Shown: piece after piece, positions 1 through 13,834 of the stretch
How positions within the stretch are numbered: the stretch's first letter is position 1
How the letters are laid out: each line of letters starts with the position of its first letter
Source: the human T2T-CHM13v2.0 reference genome, Homo sapiens
Direction: 5' to 3' (one strand)
NCBI RefSeq assembly: GCF_009914755.1
Contig: NC_060933.1
DNA length: 64,000 nt
Notes under the pieces: generated by a model
Told to the model about the DNA's origin: nothing
Database searches by the model: none
Seen by the model: only the letters and a program-made list of their open reading frames with translations
Translations under genes and position numbers: made by a program

Positions 1-335
1 ACAACTTAAGCTGAAGAGATAGAGGCAGAACTTGAAAAACTTTACAAGAAGTTTGAATTGTAATGTAGGTCAAGGACTCACAATATGATTCATGTCGTGA
101 GAACATTTTTCTTCTGGCTTGAGAATGAATTGATGAGATCGACAATGGCAGAAGGCAGACTAGTTAGGAGACTGGAAGGAAGACATTATGGTGGACTTAA
201 CTAAAATGGAATCAAGAAAGAAGAACTAAAGTAGATAGACTAGAGAAAGAGGGAATATAAACAACTATATATTTGGACTTAAAATTCACAGTATTTACAG
301 ATAAATTGGATACTGTGGATAAAGGAGAAGAAAGA
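1..335 (-). mobile_element. L2 LINE fragment (old, degraded)
   Basis: Purine-rich motifs typical of antisense L2 (agactagttaggagact, ggtggacttaactaa, acagtatttacagataaattggat). Boundaries approximate. Confidence 0.55.
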
Positions 336-340
336 ATAGC

Positions 341-814
341 ATAGCAGGCTCTACCCACATCACCTTGGATTCCTTTTAACCATTTTGTGTGCACCTCTAC
401 CTCCTCTTTGGTGAATCTCTGCTTCCATTAGCCAATACTTATGATTTCTTTGGAGGACTGCTGTTGAGCTACTGGAGCCACTTGGCTCACAACAGAGAGA
501 GCTCAGAATGTGGGAATGCACGTTCCCTTGGAAAAGTTTTTAACAAATGATTAGTGAGTATAGGAGTATGAAAGCTCCAACTAGGGTCAAGACAACCTGG
601 AGATTTAAACTAGAGTCTTGAGTTTCCCTGAGAGATCTGGTGGAATCTACATTCTATGGGAACTTTTCCTGAGATCTCATTATTGATGGACATCTTCTTC
701 TCCCTGTTCTGTTTCCATAACTTCCTTACCAGTCTCCCATGATTCTTTCCTTAATAAGTCATTTGCAAGGAATCCTGTTATGGGACCTGCTTCTAGGGAA
801 CCTAACCCAAGACA
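341..814 (+). mobile_element. ERVL solo LTR, LTR16-like
   Basis: 3' end 'aataagtcatttgca...ctgcttctagggaacctaacccaagaca' and internal 'ggagtatgaaagctcca' resemble the LTR16 family; ends in CA. Confidence 0.7.
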
Positions 815-999
815 GGAAGTCAATTACTCATAGATTCATAACTTTACAGATGAATACTGGGGTGGTAGGAGAAAGAGTTTGTAATCAACAGTAGTATTTT
901 AAATGATCAATTACCTTAATGTAAATTATCTTGCTCCAACTTCCTTTTCACTGACCTCTTATACCTTAAACTTCCTTGTGTCTTTCTCCTCTATTATAT

Positions 1000-1575
1000 T
1001 TTCCTGATAAATCTCTAACCCTAGATAAATCCCAGTGCCTGCCTATTCCACATCTGCACCTGCACGGTGATCTTAACTTAAGAAAATCACATGAGCATGC
1101 TGACTGGTCTCGTACAAGGTTTATGGCCGCTTATCTCAAGCAGTGCTTTCCCAAGGTCAAGAAATGCTAGTAATAGTATAGTTCTATATACCATTATCCC
1201 AAGATTTTAGAAAAACATTTTACATCTTTTCTTCCCTTCTCAAACTTCTAACACTTTCTCCTCCCATCCCCCACCATTCTGATGGCATCGGTTCCTATTT
1301 CACTCAGAAAGCACAAGTAGTCAGAAGAGAACTTTCTCATGGCTCTATCTGAAGGCCTTTGCACTTGTTCCTCTACCTGCAACTCTTTACCTGGGCATGT
1401 TCATACATCAGTCTCTCACTTCCTTCATGTCTCTAATGTCACCATATTCAACAGATCTTCTCTGATCACCCTTGTTGATTTATTTCAAAACAGAGCTCTT
1501 ATTATCATTAGGAATATTATATATTTGTTTTTATATGTTCTAATTCTCTTTCTCCTTCCTCTGAGCTCCACAAGT

Positions 1576-1637
<62 letters not shown>

Positions 1638-1717
1638 CACTGCTTTGTCTTCAGGACCTAGAAAAGAATTTGACACAAAACGGATTTTCAATCATTATTT
1701 GCTGAATGAATGAATGT
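1000..1717 (+). mobile_element. L2 LINE fragments including the 3' end
   Basis: 'ggcctttgcacttgttcc', 'ctgagctccacaag' and terminal 'tatttgctgaatgaatgaatg' are L2 3'-end hallmarks. Confidence 0.7.
1578..1633. repeat. (GT)28 perfect microsatellite
   Basis: Uninterrupted GT run read directly; lies inside the L2 fragment. Confidence 0.98.
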
Positions 1718-1916
1718 TAAAGAAACCTTGAGACATCCAACTCCCCAACCAAAGAATTAGGTCCACTGTGCAACTCCATTTTCTATAGTAGGTGAGCACT
1801 CTTATTATTCAACTACATTATGATTATTATTGCAATTACTTTCCAGTTTGAGTATTTTATCTTTAGCTACGTATTTCAGTTTGGTAAGTGGCATTGAACA
1901 TTTAAATTTCAAGTAC

Positions 1917-2098
1917 AGTTTTGCCTATTTAAATAATCTATAGTTACTTAAAATATATAATACAATATAAGCATTATATTGTATAATAGCTGTTATGTTG
2001 TATTTTTATTTGTATTATTTTTATTGTTATATTGTTATTTTTATTGTTTGGAGTGGGGTTTTAAAAATCTTTTTCTATTGAGTAACTGCAAACTCTGT
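1917..2098. mobile_element. Possible Tigger4/Zombi-like DNA transposon remnant (otherwise AT-rich low complexity)
   Basis: ta|cag...ctg|ta ends and 'tatttttatttgtattatttttattgtt' interior. Confidence 0.35.
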
Positions 2099-5000
2099 AT
2101 TTTCCATCAACAACATTTTAGCCAAATGCATATCACTTTGAGAAACTAGAGAGAAGTCCTAACAAGGAAGATAAGTATATTCTATTTAGTACCAAATATA
2201 CCTTCTATAATTACAAAATAACTATTTTGTCAGGTCTATGTAACACAACTGGAGGCACTTTTCATGGTCAGTTTGCTACATTTTGGCTCTTCAGAATTCC
2301 GTATTGAAGAGCTCCTCACCCTTCTTTAAACAAGTAAACTTAAAACATACAGGCAGACGCACAGGGACTTGCAGAGACATACCGAACCAGGTATTAAATC
2401 TGTCTAGCAGGTTAGCAGAGGGAAAGAAAGGTTAAAATTATTACCACAGGCACATAAAACACTTTTAACATTTGGCTGTCCTAAAATACTCAGTTTAGGC
2501 ATCCCACTATATCTGTGTGAAATATCAGCCTTTATTGAGTATTTGGAGGAATGTTCTGGAAAGCGGATAAATTATTTTCCATATCGGTTCACTTTGCCTC
2601 CATAAGTCATCAATCGAAAAACAGAAATAAGAAGAACCATTCCATTTAAAAACAGAATGACTTGCCCCAGAATTGGGACATTCATTTTAAAAGTGGGAAA
2701 GTTACAGAGGTGTTAGAGATCTGTCCAATAGATACTGAAGCCAGTCAATAGCAGAACTGGGCAAGAACACAGCTCAGGTAAACTCTTTCTACATTCCAGT
2801 ATTTCTCAATCGTATCCTCCAGGTCTGCAAGATTTTTGTTATGAAATTTTGTCTTAAGAAACTGAAGCTGTGTTTCACTAACTTGTCTGTAATTTGTAAA
2901 AATATTACTAGAGAATAAAAGTTTTAACTTTATAACTTTATAATTCAACATAAGAGCAATTGCCAGATGTAAAGCAAAGAATATTTCTCAAGATTCAAGA
3001 AATTTAATGTTGGATCACACTATGGGACACTATTCTCTCCCTTCACTCACAAGTTGAGTAGTAAGTGTCTTTAATCATTCCATGCCATGAGTCCTGTCCC
3101 ACTGACCCCAGCTCACATCCTCCATGCATAGAGGCTTTCCTACTGCCTCTTTTTCTTCAACAGTTACACTGAGTAGGGGCTTGGCACATAGCTCACAAAA
3201 AGGTGTCTTAAAGGAAACTAAAACCCTGTAGGAGATTTGTAAAATCTTTCCCTTCCAATTCAATAAGCATTATGCACTGTCTACCACATGCAATGTAATT
3301 TCTTAGGACTGCAAAACTCATGATTATAATAATTAACACTCTGGCATGAGAGCACTTACAACCTAGAAGGGGAAACAGACAAGAAAAGTTCTAATATGAC
3401 AATCACTATAACATGTGTTGTCATTGCAACTGCAGCTCAGATGTTAGAAATTGATTACATTGATTACATGGTTAACATTCAAACTGTCTGGTGTTTCTTT
3501 TATTTTCTATTTTTATCTCTTTTTAAGATCAGTGAATGATATAAAATACCAATAGTAGAGAAGTTTTCAAATGTTTACATTTTAATCTTCTATATAAAAG
3601 TAAATTTCAAGATTTTCACAAACAGTGTCTGAAACACATTAGGCAGGTGTTCAATAATTATTTGTTTAATGAATAAATAATTGAATGTGATACAAAATTT
3701 GGGATTGTCAAACTGCACACCTGGAAGCTGATTTTGACTTAAGGATAATCAATGACTGAATAGCTTTAATAAATTCCAGATTCTAGGTTTCAGGGATTAA
3801 AGAAAGGAGGAGTACTGGGGTAGAACACAAGTTGATTACTTCTCAGAAGAAGATGCACTGGGCTGTCACTCAGTCAATCTGTGTAAGTAAGCCCTGGAAA
3901 GTCCTTCCTACCACCTTCTGATTATCTGGAGATATCTATTAGTCAAGAAACCAGTGGGGCTCCCTTCTTTTGGAAGCAGTGCGGGATACAGCCCTTACTG
4001 AGCCTGCTGATCTTCTGAAAAAATCATTGCTGCCTCTGCGTGACAGTGTTCTTACACAGAGAAGGAAAAGGAGCATTGAAGCAGCAGTGCAAGAAGGATA
4101 TCCACACAACAGCCCAAGTTCTCAGCTAAGCTTGCTCATTGATGTTCTCACTGAAGACTCGCTAAGAGCAAAACAGGCCTTGAATAATGACAATGTAGAA
4201 ATCAATTTTTTATCCTTAATGTATTTTGTTAAGAAAATATAAATTTGAAACTTAATAGTCAAATTTATTTTAAGCAAGTGATAAGGGGAAGTGGGATTAG
4301 TAATTTTAAAAAACCAATAGTATTCGTTAAAAATTCAACCCCTTCTTTTTCATATGGCAGTTTTCAAATATGTATAAGACATTTATCACTAAACCTTTGC
4401 ATTTAATGAATATCATTATATAGGTAAAATTAATTTTGTTTGTCAAAGATGCAATAATGAAGAGCTACATTTCAAACATGACTTTCAATTTACCTAAGGT
4501 AAATCTATTATTTTATCCTCCAATTACTAGATAATTGACTTTTTAGCCATGGTATAATTGATATCCTCATAAAAGACTTTCCATTAACCAATTTAGAAAT
4601 AAAGCTACTGTAATACTTCTATACAGGATTTGATCTTCTCACTTAAATGCCTTTTCAGCTGCAAAATGCCTTTGCTTTCAGAGCACCTCTGTTTCATGAA
4701 CTGTTACAAAGTGAAAAGTTTTTATGTGAACATTCTCTTGCTTAACCTTTCCCTGATACTGACATCAATGATTACCCCTCTGAAAAATTACATCAAATGT
4801 TTGCATTTGAGGAGTCAATTTTTCCCCACAGATTGGAGGGGAGAGGAGGAAGAATTTACAGTTGGGAAGTGAAAGGTAGAGTGGGATTTGCTGAGAATAC
4901 TCTAGGATATTATCAGTAGAAATAGGAAATTGCTTTTCACCATCATTACAGACACTTCCTACAGAATCCTGAATCATCATGAACACAAAGTGAAGGGGGT

Positions 5001-6204
5001 CAATTGTGATGATGATTCTAGTTATCATTGCTGGTTAGAAAGAAGTACTTTCACATTTATTTTTATACAATTAAGGACTGAGTTTATTTTTAAATGTTGG
5101 AGAAGGTGGCTTACCATCAACCCACACAGTTTAGTCTTGATGAATCTTAATCAAGTTTTCCTCTCCAGACAGCGTGGGGTTTGCAATTCCTTTTGACTAC
5201 TCAAATAGATGAGCAGCCTAAAGAAAAGCAGGAACAGGCGCAAACAGAAGACCTGCATGCCACAGTGGTGGCATTTGGCTTTTAAATAAGGGCAATATCT
5301 TGAAACTAACTACAGCACACAGCATAGACTGGTGAACTCTGAACTGACGGACAGCACATAGCAAGGGTAGATGTCTTCCTGCCCTGGTGTGGCTTGGGCG
5401 TCACAGGGAGAGATATGCAAGGCTGTTTTCTAAACTGCCACTGAAAAGATAGATACCTGGCCCTCCTTTTCTAAGCAAGAGCTCAAAATGAAAAGGAAAA
5501 CAACTTCAGCTCTCATATTAAATTTGAGATATGGTGCTATAGAGAAGCTGATATTTCCAGGAAGAGTTATAACAGCAGCAAAAACGGCCATTTGCTTCTA
5601 ACTTTGAAAGAGTGACAGCCCACCAGGGTCTCAGTATGGCCCACCTACCTGCAGCTCTCAGCTTTTTGCACAAAATAGCAGCTTCTTACCATTCTGTGTC
5701 TTTTAACAAAAAAAGTGCAGTCTTGAAGAGGTTTCTTGGTGTAACATTAGCAGTTAATCAGATAATTGCTAAACCTCTTGCCAATAGCCTGCAGCCATTC
5801 ACTGTTCTGAATAATAAGTGTATTATTAATTTCTTCATTCTGGCCCTGAGCCCCTGCTTCTGCTCCCATGGCTGCTTATCGAATCCCTGCTGTGTCAGCA
5901 GCCCCACTCAGATGCTTGGGCTTTCTATCTTTCACATAAACCGGGATGCAAATTGTTGCTTGTAGACCCCACAGGTAAATCCCTTCTAGTATTTAGAATG
6001 CAGAGATTGTGAACTCTTTTTTTTTCCTCTAGGAAGTTTGCTTTCAATTGTTCCCAGGTTATCAGAATCAGACCACAGTAGAACAAGACAGCTGATACTG
6101 TCCATTTCTACAAAAATCATGGTTGTTTGGCATGAAAGAGGCAGCCCAATTCTTATAGTGTCTGGGTTGCAGTAAGGTTGATTCCTTACTTCACTGTGAA
6201 TCCC

Positions 6205-6960
6205 TTAATTGAGCAGCTACTGATGATAAGAATTGCAATAGATGCTAGAGGAGATACAAAATAAGATAATGATCCTTTGTGCTGCAGATATTATTCTCTT
6301 GTAGAGAGAAGAGATCCCTACATAATAACTAAAATGTAAGCAGAAATTAGATCAATGCAAAAGAGAAATAAAGAAAACTATACTACAAGGAACTCTGAGA
6401 AGGGGAATTCACAGCCTGTTGAGGCACGCAGCAAAAGTGTCATGCAAAGGGTTGTGTTTGAAGCCAGGAGATAAGTAGCAAGGACTGGACAGGAAAAATG
6501 AGAAAGATACTTTAGGGAGACAGGAGAACCGACATAAACTGAAACCTGCCCTGGGTTCAAGCACTAACTGAGTTTTTTGTGTGTACTAGGCACTGGGCTA
6601 GTCTCTGGAGATACAAGGATAAATCAGTCACAGTCCCAGTCTTACTAAAGAAACAAACAAGTAAGGTAATTATTATAGTACCACGTGATACATACCAAAG
6701 AAGTAGGCTCAAAGCAGAGGAGCATTTTTGACTAATGCATGGAAAGGAAGAGAAAATGAGCATGGAAAAACAAGGTAGGGTCCTAGTGAAGGGCCACAAA
6801 AGCCAGGGTAAGGAACCACAACCCAGGAGCAGGATGTGGAATTGAGAAAAGAAAGAAAGTAAGTACATTCATGAAATAAATATTTCATGGGGAGAATCAG
6901 TGGGCGGTGGGGGTAAAGGAGAACAAGAGAAAAATTCTAAGGTGTCTTCAAAGTTTCAAC
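6205..6960 (-). mobile_element. L2 LINE fragments (probably two adjacent pieces)
   Basis: Antisense L2 3' motifs at about 6205 (ttaattgagcagctact) and about 6560 (actgagtttttt...ctaggcactgggcta). Confidence 0.6.
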
Positions 6961-7379
6961 ATAACTTTTATACAACTAAGCCCTAAACGGTACTCTTCAA
7001 AAATATTAGGAGTTACTTTTAAGATTTCCCAAAGCAAAAGAGGGGCAGAAGGATGGAGAGTAATTCTTATATGAAAAATTATAGTTGGAAGTCAAGCAAT
7101 TAACTTACTGATATGTAGAGCTAAAAATATTTAGAAATCTATTAAATCACTTCTTCATGTTTCAACTAACAATATAAACTCAAAAGCGGGTAAATGGGTT
7201 TTCCAGAGGTGTACAGTTGAGAATTGCGAAGACTAGACCATAGAACAATTTCCAATTCCAATTCAGGACCCATCCTCGTCATGGTTCTATTGTGCAACTT
7301 GATCTTACGTAAGGATAGCAACCAAGACCTCTGCACCAAAAGCAATATTCTGCCTTCTTTGACAATCATCCTGGCAATC

Positions 7380-7700
7380 TGGCTACCATCCATCTGTTCT
7401 CCTTGTCTCAAGCTTTAACCCACTTCACCAGGCTACTACAGTGATCTTTCTGAACAATAATCTGATCACATCACTCCCCTTCAGAAAGCCCTTTAGTAGA
7501 CCTTTAATCTATATTAAATCAAGTCCAAATGGGCTGGCCAGTGCCCAGCCCTAGTGATCACACCCCCACCCCACACTTTACTGTACTAGACCTCTCATCT
7601 TCATACCTGATTTAGCCAGACAGTTTAGTAAACATCCCAGGACAGTCCTTGTCTTTATGGCTCTGCTGAGACTCTGTTTTCTGCTTGGACTCCTTTTACA
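7380..7700 (+). mobile_element. L2 fragment
   Basis: 'cagtgatctttctgaac...tctgatcacatcactcccct...aaatcaagtccaaa' L2 core motif. Confidence 0.6.
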
Positions 7701-7838
7701 AATGGAAAACAGACAAAGGAGAGAGTTAGAGGTTCTCTGATAAAGAGCCGTACTGAATACAGCAGAACAGAAGAGGGAGTAGCTTTTTTCTACTTGTCAT
7801 GGTTAGGAAATGTTTCCTACGAACAGTCTGAGAGTCTT

Positions 7839-8115
<277 letters not shown>

Positions 8116-8167
8116 TTAATGATGACTAGGTGTTTGACAAATGAATAAAATGGGCTTAGAATTTATA

Positions 8168-8276
8168 GCTGCTTTTGCACTCTCATGGCAGACTAGTTGT
8201 GATATAGAATACACGGCCTGCAAATCCAAAAATATTGATTATCTGCCCCTTTACAGAAAAGGTTTGCCAATCACTT
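8168..8276. mobile_element. MER58A (hAT-Charlie) fragment
   Basis: 'ggcctgcaaatccaaaaatattgattatctgcccctttacagaaaaggtttgcc' matches the MER58 end. Confidence 0.75.
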
Positions 8277-9182
8277 TCTAGACTGTAAGCTCCTTCAGGT
8301 CAGAGACTATTTTCTATACTTCTATCTTTAGTGTTTAGCATATAATAGATACTCAACAAATGTTATTTGAATAAATGAATCTTTTTAAAATGGAAATATT
8401 TTGCATATTTTACAGGTAAAAAGGCAAAGAGGCAAATGGAAAATTTTAAAGAAAGTCTCTTCAAAAATGTTTAAATTGAAAAAATATACTTACATTAGCT
8501 GGGTCAGCTCTTTCAATTAATATGGAACCTCAACTATCTACAGTAATTAATTTTCCCCTGGCTCTGTGCAGCTGAGATTTTGCTTATCAGTGTTAGCATT
8601 GAATTTTTATGGAAGGACTCAAGTGCAAAGGTTGAATGAATGTGAGGTAGAAAAGTCCCCAAAGACGGCAAACTCTCTTCACCTATTTTCATAGCCAGCA
8701 GTGCCAGAATTGAGTAAGAGTCAAAAGCTCTCCACCATCAAAGACCTCAGGAGAAGCCACTCACCTCATGGATGACATACTCTGCCTGCATACCTGATCA
8801 TTTGTCTGAATGTCTCTAATGCAATGGCCAGCCCTGTACAGCCTGGAGCATGAATTTATCAAAAGGAAATTGGTTCCTAAATGTAAAACTCAATACATCA
8901 AAATCTACCAGGCAGACCAGTGAGAGACAGAAAGTGGATTTAATATTGCATTTGGCCATTATAGCTTCAATCCATCCGCCATCGTTTACCCAAAGGCCTT
9001 CAAGGCAGCAGACGTGATAAGCAAAATTTTATTCCCCTGATGAATTTTTCAGGGCCGACCTTAATATTGAAGCTTTCAAGATGAGGAATGATTACATTTG
9101 ACTGGTCCTCAAAGAGCCTCATCACTAAACAGTCAGCATCTATGGGCAGGACTGCTGGAAAGGATTTTCAACCCAGCTCAAG

Positions 9183-9630
9183 CCATTCAGTCAACAAAAT
9201 GTACTGGGCCAGAAGTCTAAGTTAGGCATTCCAGGATATAAAAGATAGTATGGTAATAGTCCTTGCTCTTAGATAATCCATATAGGAAATGGAGAAAACA
9301 GATATAGAAGAAAAATATAGGGAAAGTCATATAGCCTAAGAATGAGTACAGATGAAAACAGATGAAGGAACTGCAGGTATCAGAGCTCTGGGGAGGAGGA
9401 TAGGGTTATTTAGAACATTCTCCATGACGGAGACAGAGTTTAAATGGTCATTTGAAAATAGCAAAGGTTAGTAGAGAAGAATGCAAGAAGGAAACTTCAA
9501 ACTGATGAGCCTAGTCTGAAATCTGTGACAGAGGGTAATGAGCGATGAAAGTGGTAAGATGTGGGCAGTTAATTAATTGCAAGCAGTCCTTGAATCGTGA
9601 ACTGAGAAGCACAGACTTTATAACAGGAGT
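9183..9630 (-). mobile_element. L2 fragment
   Basis: 'cattcagtcaacaaaatgtactgggc...taggcatt' antisense L2 3' end. Confidence 0.55.
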
Positions 9631-9879
9631 ATCTTAACAGTTAGAGCAATGTTACTTTGCAAATTATTTTCACATGCATTATTTTCTCACAGTAATCTTC
9701 TTCCTATAGATTGAAATCCTCCCTTACTGTTCCTCCCCCTGGTACACTTCATCCTCAGTACTTCATCTACCTCACCTTCAAATACATGCTCAAGTCTCAC
9801 CACTTCTGGGAAATAGTTTCCTGATTCCCAGACTAGATCAAATCCCCATCTTCCCACAATTTATTCTCAGAATACCATG

Positions 9880-10290
9880 TAAAATTCCCAAGGAAGACAA
9901 TCCAGGGATAGGATGGTGGCTTTGTTTCCCAAACTTCCCAGGGACTCAGGCCCTCTCTGGTCTTTCGCTCTACTATGGCTTATGGAGTCTCCCTCATTCT
10001 CTTGATCCAAATGCAGCTCTGGCCATTGTCCACATTCCAATCAGCAGGACAGAAGAAAGGGACTAAAACAAGAGACAAAGGATATCCATCAGGTATCTAG
10101 AAACTGCCACATGTATTTTCAAATTTATTCTGTTGATCAGAACTTAGTTACATGACCACACTTCACTGCAAAAAAAAAAAAAAAAAAAAAAAAAAAAGAT
10201 TGGCTGATGTTTTCTGCATACAGCTTCAAATTCTCTTATGTGGATGATGAGAAAAACAAATATTAGGCAACAATTAGTAGTCTCTTCCAC
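9880..10290 (-). mobile_element. MLT1J/K-like MaLR LTR nested in an L2
   Basis: 'cacattccaatcagcagga', 'cagaacttagttacatgaccacac', terminal 'attagtagtctcttccaca'. L2-like sequence on both sides. Confidence 0.65.
10170..10197. repeat. A28 homopolymer
   Basis: Read directly. Confidence 0.97.
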
Positions 10291-11039
10291 AAGGCCAACA
10301 CTTGACAAGCAGCTTTCACTTGATGGCAAATCTATATTCTCAGATTCTTTCATTGGTCCATTTGCTTCAGTGGGTTATAGTATCTTGTCCGGAAAAGAGT
10401 TGAATTTGGTTTGCTCACCTAGGTATCCAAGGCATCTAGCACAGTGTCTGGTTTTTTTGTTTTGTTTTTGGGTTTTTTTTTTCTTTTTCAGACTAGCTGA
10501 CAAAAAGTTTGTTGAATCAATGTTGGTGGGTAACAGGTCATATGCCAATTTTATAGAAAAAAATGTTGAGTATCCTTTATTCTTCAGGTTTGTGAAAGTA
10601 ATGGATATAAAAGAACGAATAAAGTCATTCTGGGACGGTGAAAGAAGCACTTCCGAATTTTAGTGCTATCTTTCAGACACCACACTACTCTCTAAATTGC
10701 ATGTGATTGATCATGTACAAAATGTGACTTCCCAGCAATTTCTTCATCTGAATAAGAGAAAGCACTGCACAATAAAGGAATGCTTTTCTGAGTGTGGGAA
10801 ATGGTGCAGAGGATGCAGAATGGTGAGATGCGACCAACTCCGGGAATCCTCAAGTCATACTAATAAAATCACAAGGTTATATGATCCTTTAGAAGACATC
10901 TAACCCAATAACCCCCATGAGAATCACCTGAGAAAAATGTTAAATCACCCTTTACTCTCTGGGCCCTAAAGCCTAGTGAATCATCATCTTCAAACATGAG
11001 GCTAAGTAAAAATTTCCAAAGATGGCTGCTTCAGACCAG

Positions 11040-11391
11040 CTATTAGTGTCCCCCACCAAAATTCTTATGTTGAAATCGTAACCACCAAGGTGATGGTATT
11101 AGGAGGTGGGGCTTTCAGGAGGTAACTAGTTCATGAGGGAAAAGCCCTCACAAATAAAATTAGTGCCCTCATAAAAGGGACTTCAGAAAGCTCCTTTAAC
11201 CCTCCTGTCTCATGAGGTCATGGCAAAAAAAGACAACTGTCTATGAAACAGGAAGCAGGCCTTCACCAGACACTGAGTCTGCTTGCTCCTTAATCTTGGA
11301 CTTTCCACCTCCAGAACTGTGAGAAATAAATTTTTTTGTATATAAGCTACCAGTTTATGGTATTTTTTAGTAGACAGAACAGACCAAGACA
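11040..11391 (+). mobile_element. MLT1A-like MaLR solo LTR
   Basis: 'aaattcttatgttgaaatc...gtgatggtattaggaggtgggg', 'cctccagaactgtgagaaataaat', ends 'acagaccaagaca'. Confidence 0.85.
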
Positions 11392-11589
11392 ATGCCTAGG
11401 TTACTTCTGTTCACAATTAAACCTGAAAACACAAAAATAATTCAACAACACCTCTCCCGCCTCAATTCTGTATTTAAACTCACTACAAAACTACTTCTAA
11501 TACTTTATGGCTTGCTTTATGGCAGACATCCAAACTGGAGAGGAAACATACTATTTTCTCCTTCCACAGCATCCTAAGGAAAGTTCAGC

Positions 11590-11850
11590 ACATCTCAGGG
11601 GTATTATGGCTAGACTGGATACAGGCTTTGGTCCCCACAGGCCTGAGTTCAGCCTGGATTTCCAGTTAAGTATGAGTCCTTGGGAAAATTTTTAAAACTT
11701 TCCAAGCTTCAGTTTTCTCACTTTCTCATCTGTAAAATGAGGGTCATTATACTACTAACTCAATAGGTTTGGGGTTTTTGTGTTTTTTTTTTTGGTAGCA
11801 AAACAAAATATGTAAACCATTTAGACAAATTGTAGACATTATTTCTTCCA
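11590..11850 (+). mobile_element. MIR SINE
   Basis: Core 'ttctcatctgtaaaatgagg'. Confidence 0.6.
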
Positions 11851-13834
11851 ATTTTTTAGGGCAACTATACCTAGTGTCAATTATATTTTTATAGGCGTTA
11901 ACTGAGAAATATCCTAAAAGGTTTGCAAAAATCTCATAAGTCATAAGGAAAAGGAATCTACGTAAACAGTTTGAAAGATACAAGAAATGTTTATTATCAT
12001 GTAAATGGGGAAATATACACTTGACTGGTGTGGATCCATTTTTTTATCTTTATGCTAACGTCAAGTGTCTGATATCTATGTATATTTGTGGGCTTTTCAT
12101 CAAGTCACAACAGACTTTTTTCTTCACTAATTTGCCTATGGAAAAGTGGTGACTTTTTAAAAGTTAGACAATGCAGTTTTTCTCGTCACAATGTTTTAAA
12201 ACCACACAGAGAAGCTCTATGAAATAGGAGTTTCTTTGTATTTATAATGAATTTAGACTTTCAAGATCCAGGACCAACTAATTCTTCTTAATTTTCTCAG
12301 TTTCCTATTGTCAACCAAAGATGAAGCAGTACTAATGACCACATTTTAAAAAGTAATCCTCAAATATTCAACAGATAGTTTAATAGCAACTTAGAACATG
12401 AATGCTAGGGGACAAATTATACCCTGCAAGCTGAGCTAGTATCTATTATTCTTGGTGAATGCAGCCAAAAAAAAAATGTGTTATTGGCACCAAATGAAAT
12501 AAAAGAACAGAGCTTCAAGATAATACCTGGCAGAGGGGGGGCAATGGGAGAGGGTGTCTTTCACAACTCCCGTGGCAGTGTACTGAAACAGAAAAGTACT
12601 AAGGGAAGACAGTACAGGAAGATTAAATATGATCTTGAACAGTGATATCCCCAGAGATCTTAGGCTTTTTATTCTTCCAGACCTAAAAATTGTCAGGATT
12701 TTGAGTAAATCACAAAAGCAATTGTCATCGAGAGCATTCACAGCTGCTCAAACAACTATTTTAAGGCAAGGGAAGCTGGCAGGCAAAGTGAGTATTGCAG
12801 CAGGGAGTCAGTGAAATGAATAAGTATGAAGAATATAAAACACTGTTAAAAAGTAAGAGCTGCCACATTTGAGGCAATTCGGCCTCAGTGTTTACATTTA
12901 TATAGAGGGCTGTTTATGGGATTGTCGCAATGTATGCTTTTACCATTTTAATGCATAATGGTGTTGCCATTGAGGGTACTAGGAAGAAAATGATAGACCA
13001 GTTTCCAAGACAGACTCCAGGTTTAACTGCCTCATAATTTCTCAAATGCCTCAGAGTCAAAAATTTTGTAGAGGCAACTTCTGAATGACTAACAACCTCT
13101 AAGCCAAAAAGAAAATCAGAATTTAAAAATGATGACGCTGAAAGTAATAAAAAGGATGCACATAGACTGCAGACTTCTGCCTCCCATCCCTGTTCAGAAA
13201 CCATATTCATAAACTAAAGAAACTGAACTCAGTCTCCCCACTGATGTGATGGACATCATCTGTAGTCGTAAACATTTGGCAAAGCTGAAGTTAGTAGTTA
13301 TTTTATTATAACATTAATTCACTTACCCAAATGGGATTACACACTGTGGTATTCCTTTATAAGTTAACTTATATTAAATATTATAAGCAACATATTTAGC
13401 TGGGTATTGATGTTTACTAACTTTTTGTGGCTTTAATTTCTAATAAAAATTCCTATTAAAATTGATAGTTCACTTTGGGTTTATTGTACATTTGGAATAA
13501 AGTTGTCTTTTCAAAAAAATCTACTTCAAGGACATTTATGCTATAGTTGACTTTACAACAAGGGAAATAATATGGGTAATGAATAATATTCTGACATGAT
13601 CAGCATTTTAATATGTGAACCAAAGCAAGATCAAAATATTATATAGCTCAACGGTAATTTATTTTAACCACTTCTTATTCATTTGACAAATATTTACTGA
13701 ATATCCACTTTGGACCATTTACTGGGGATACATCACTGAATAAGGATGTCCTGTTCACTCTCATCACATTACTTAGAGTCTATTAAAGGAATCAGAGATC
13801 AAATAATTACAGTAGGAGCCTGTTTTTGTTTTGT

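Noticed and set aside
1339-1713. ORFs with CVCVCV / HTHTHT runs
   Set aside because: Translation of the (GT)n microsatellite inside an L2.
3970-4242. 90-aa ORF with protein-like composition
   Set aside because: Non-ATG start, no convincing splice sites, no homology I recognise.
5311-5360. REST/NRSF-like 'acggacagcac'
   Set aside because: Only the right half-site; no left half at canonical spacing.
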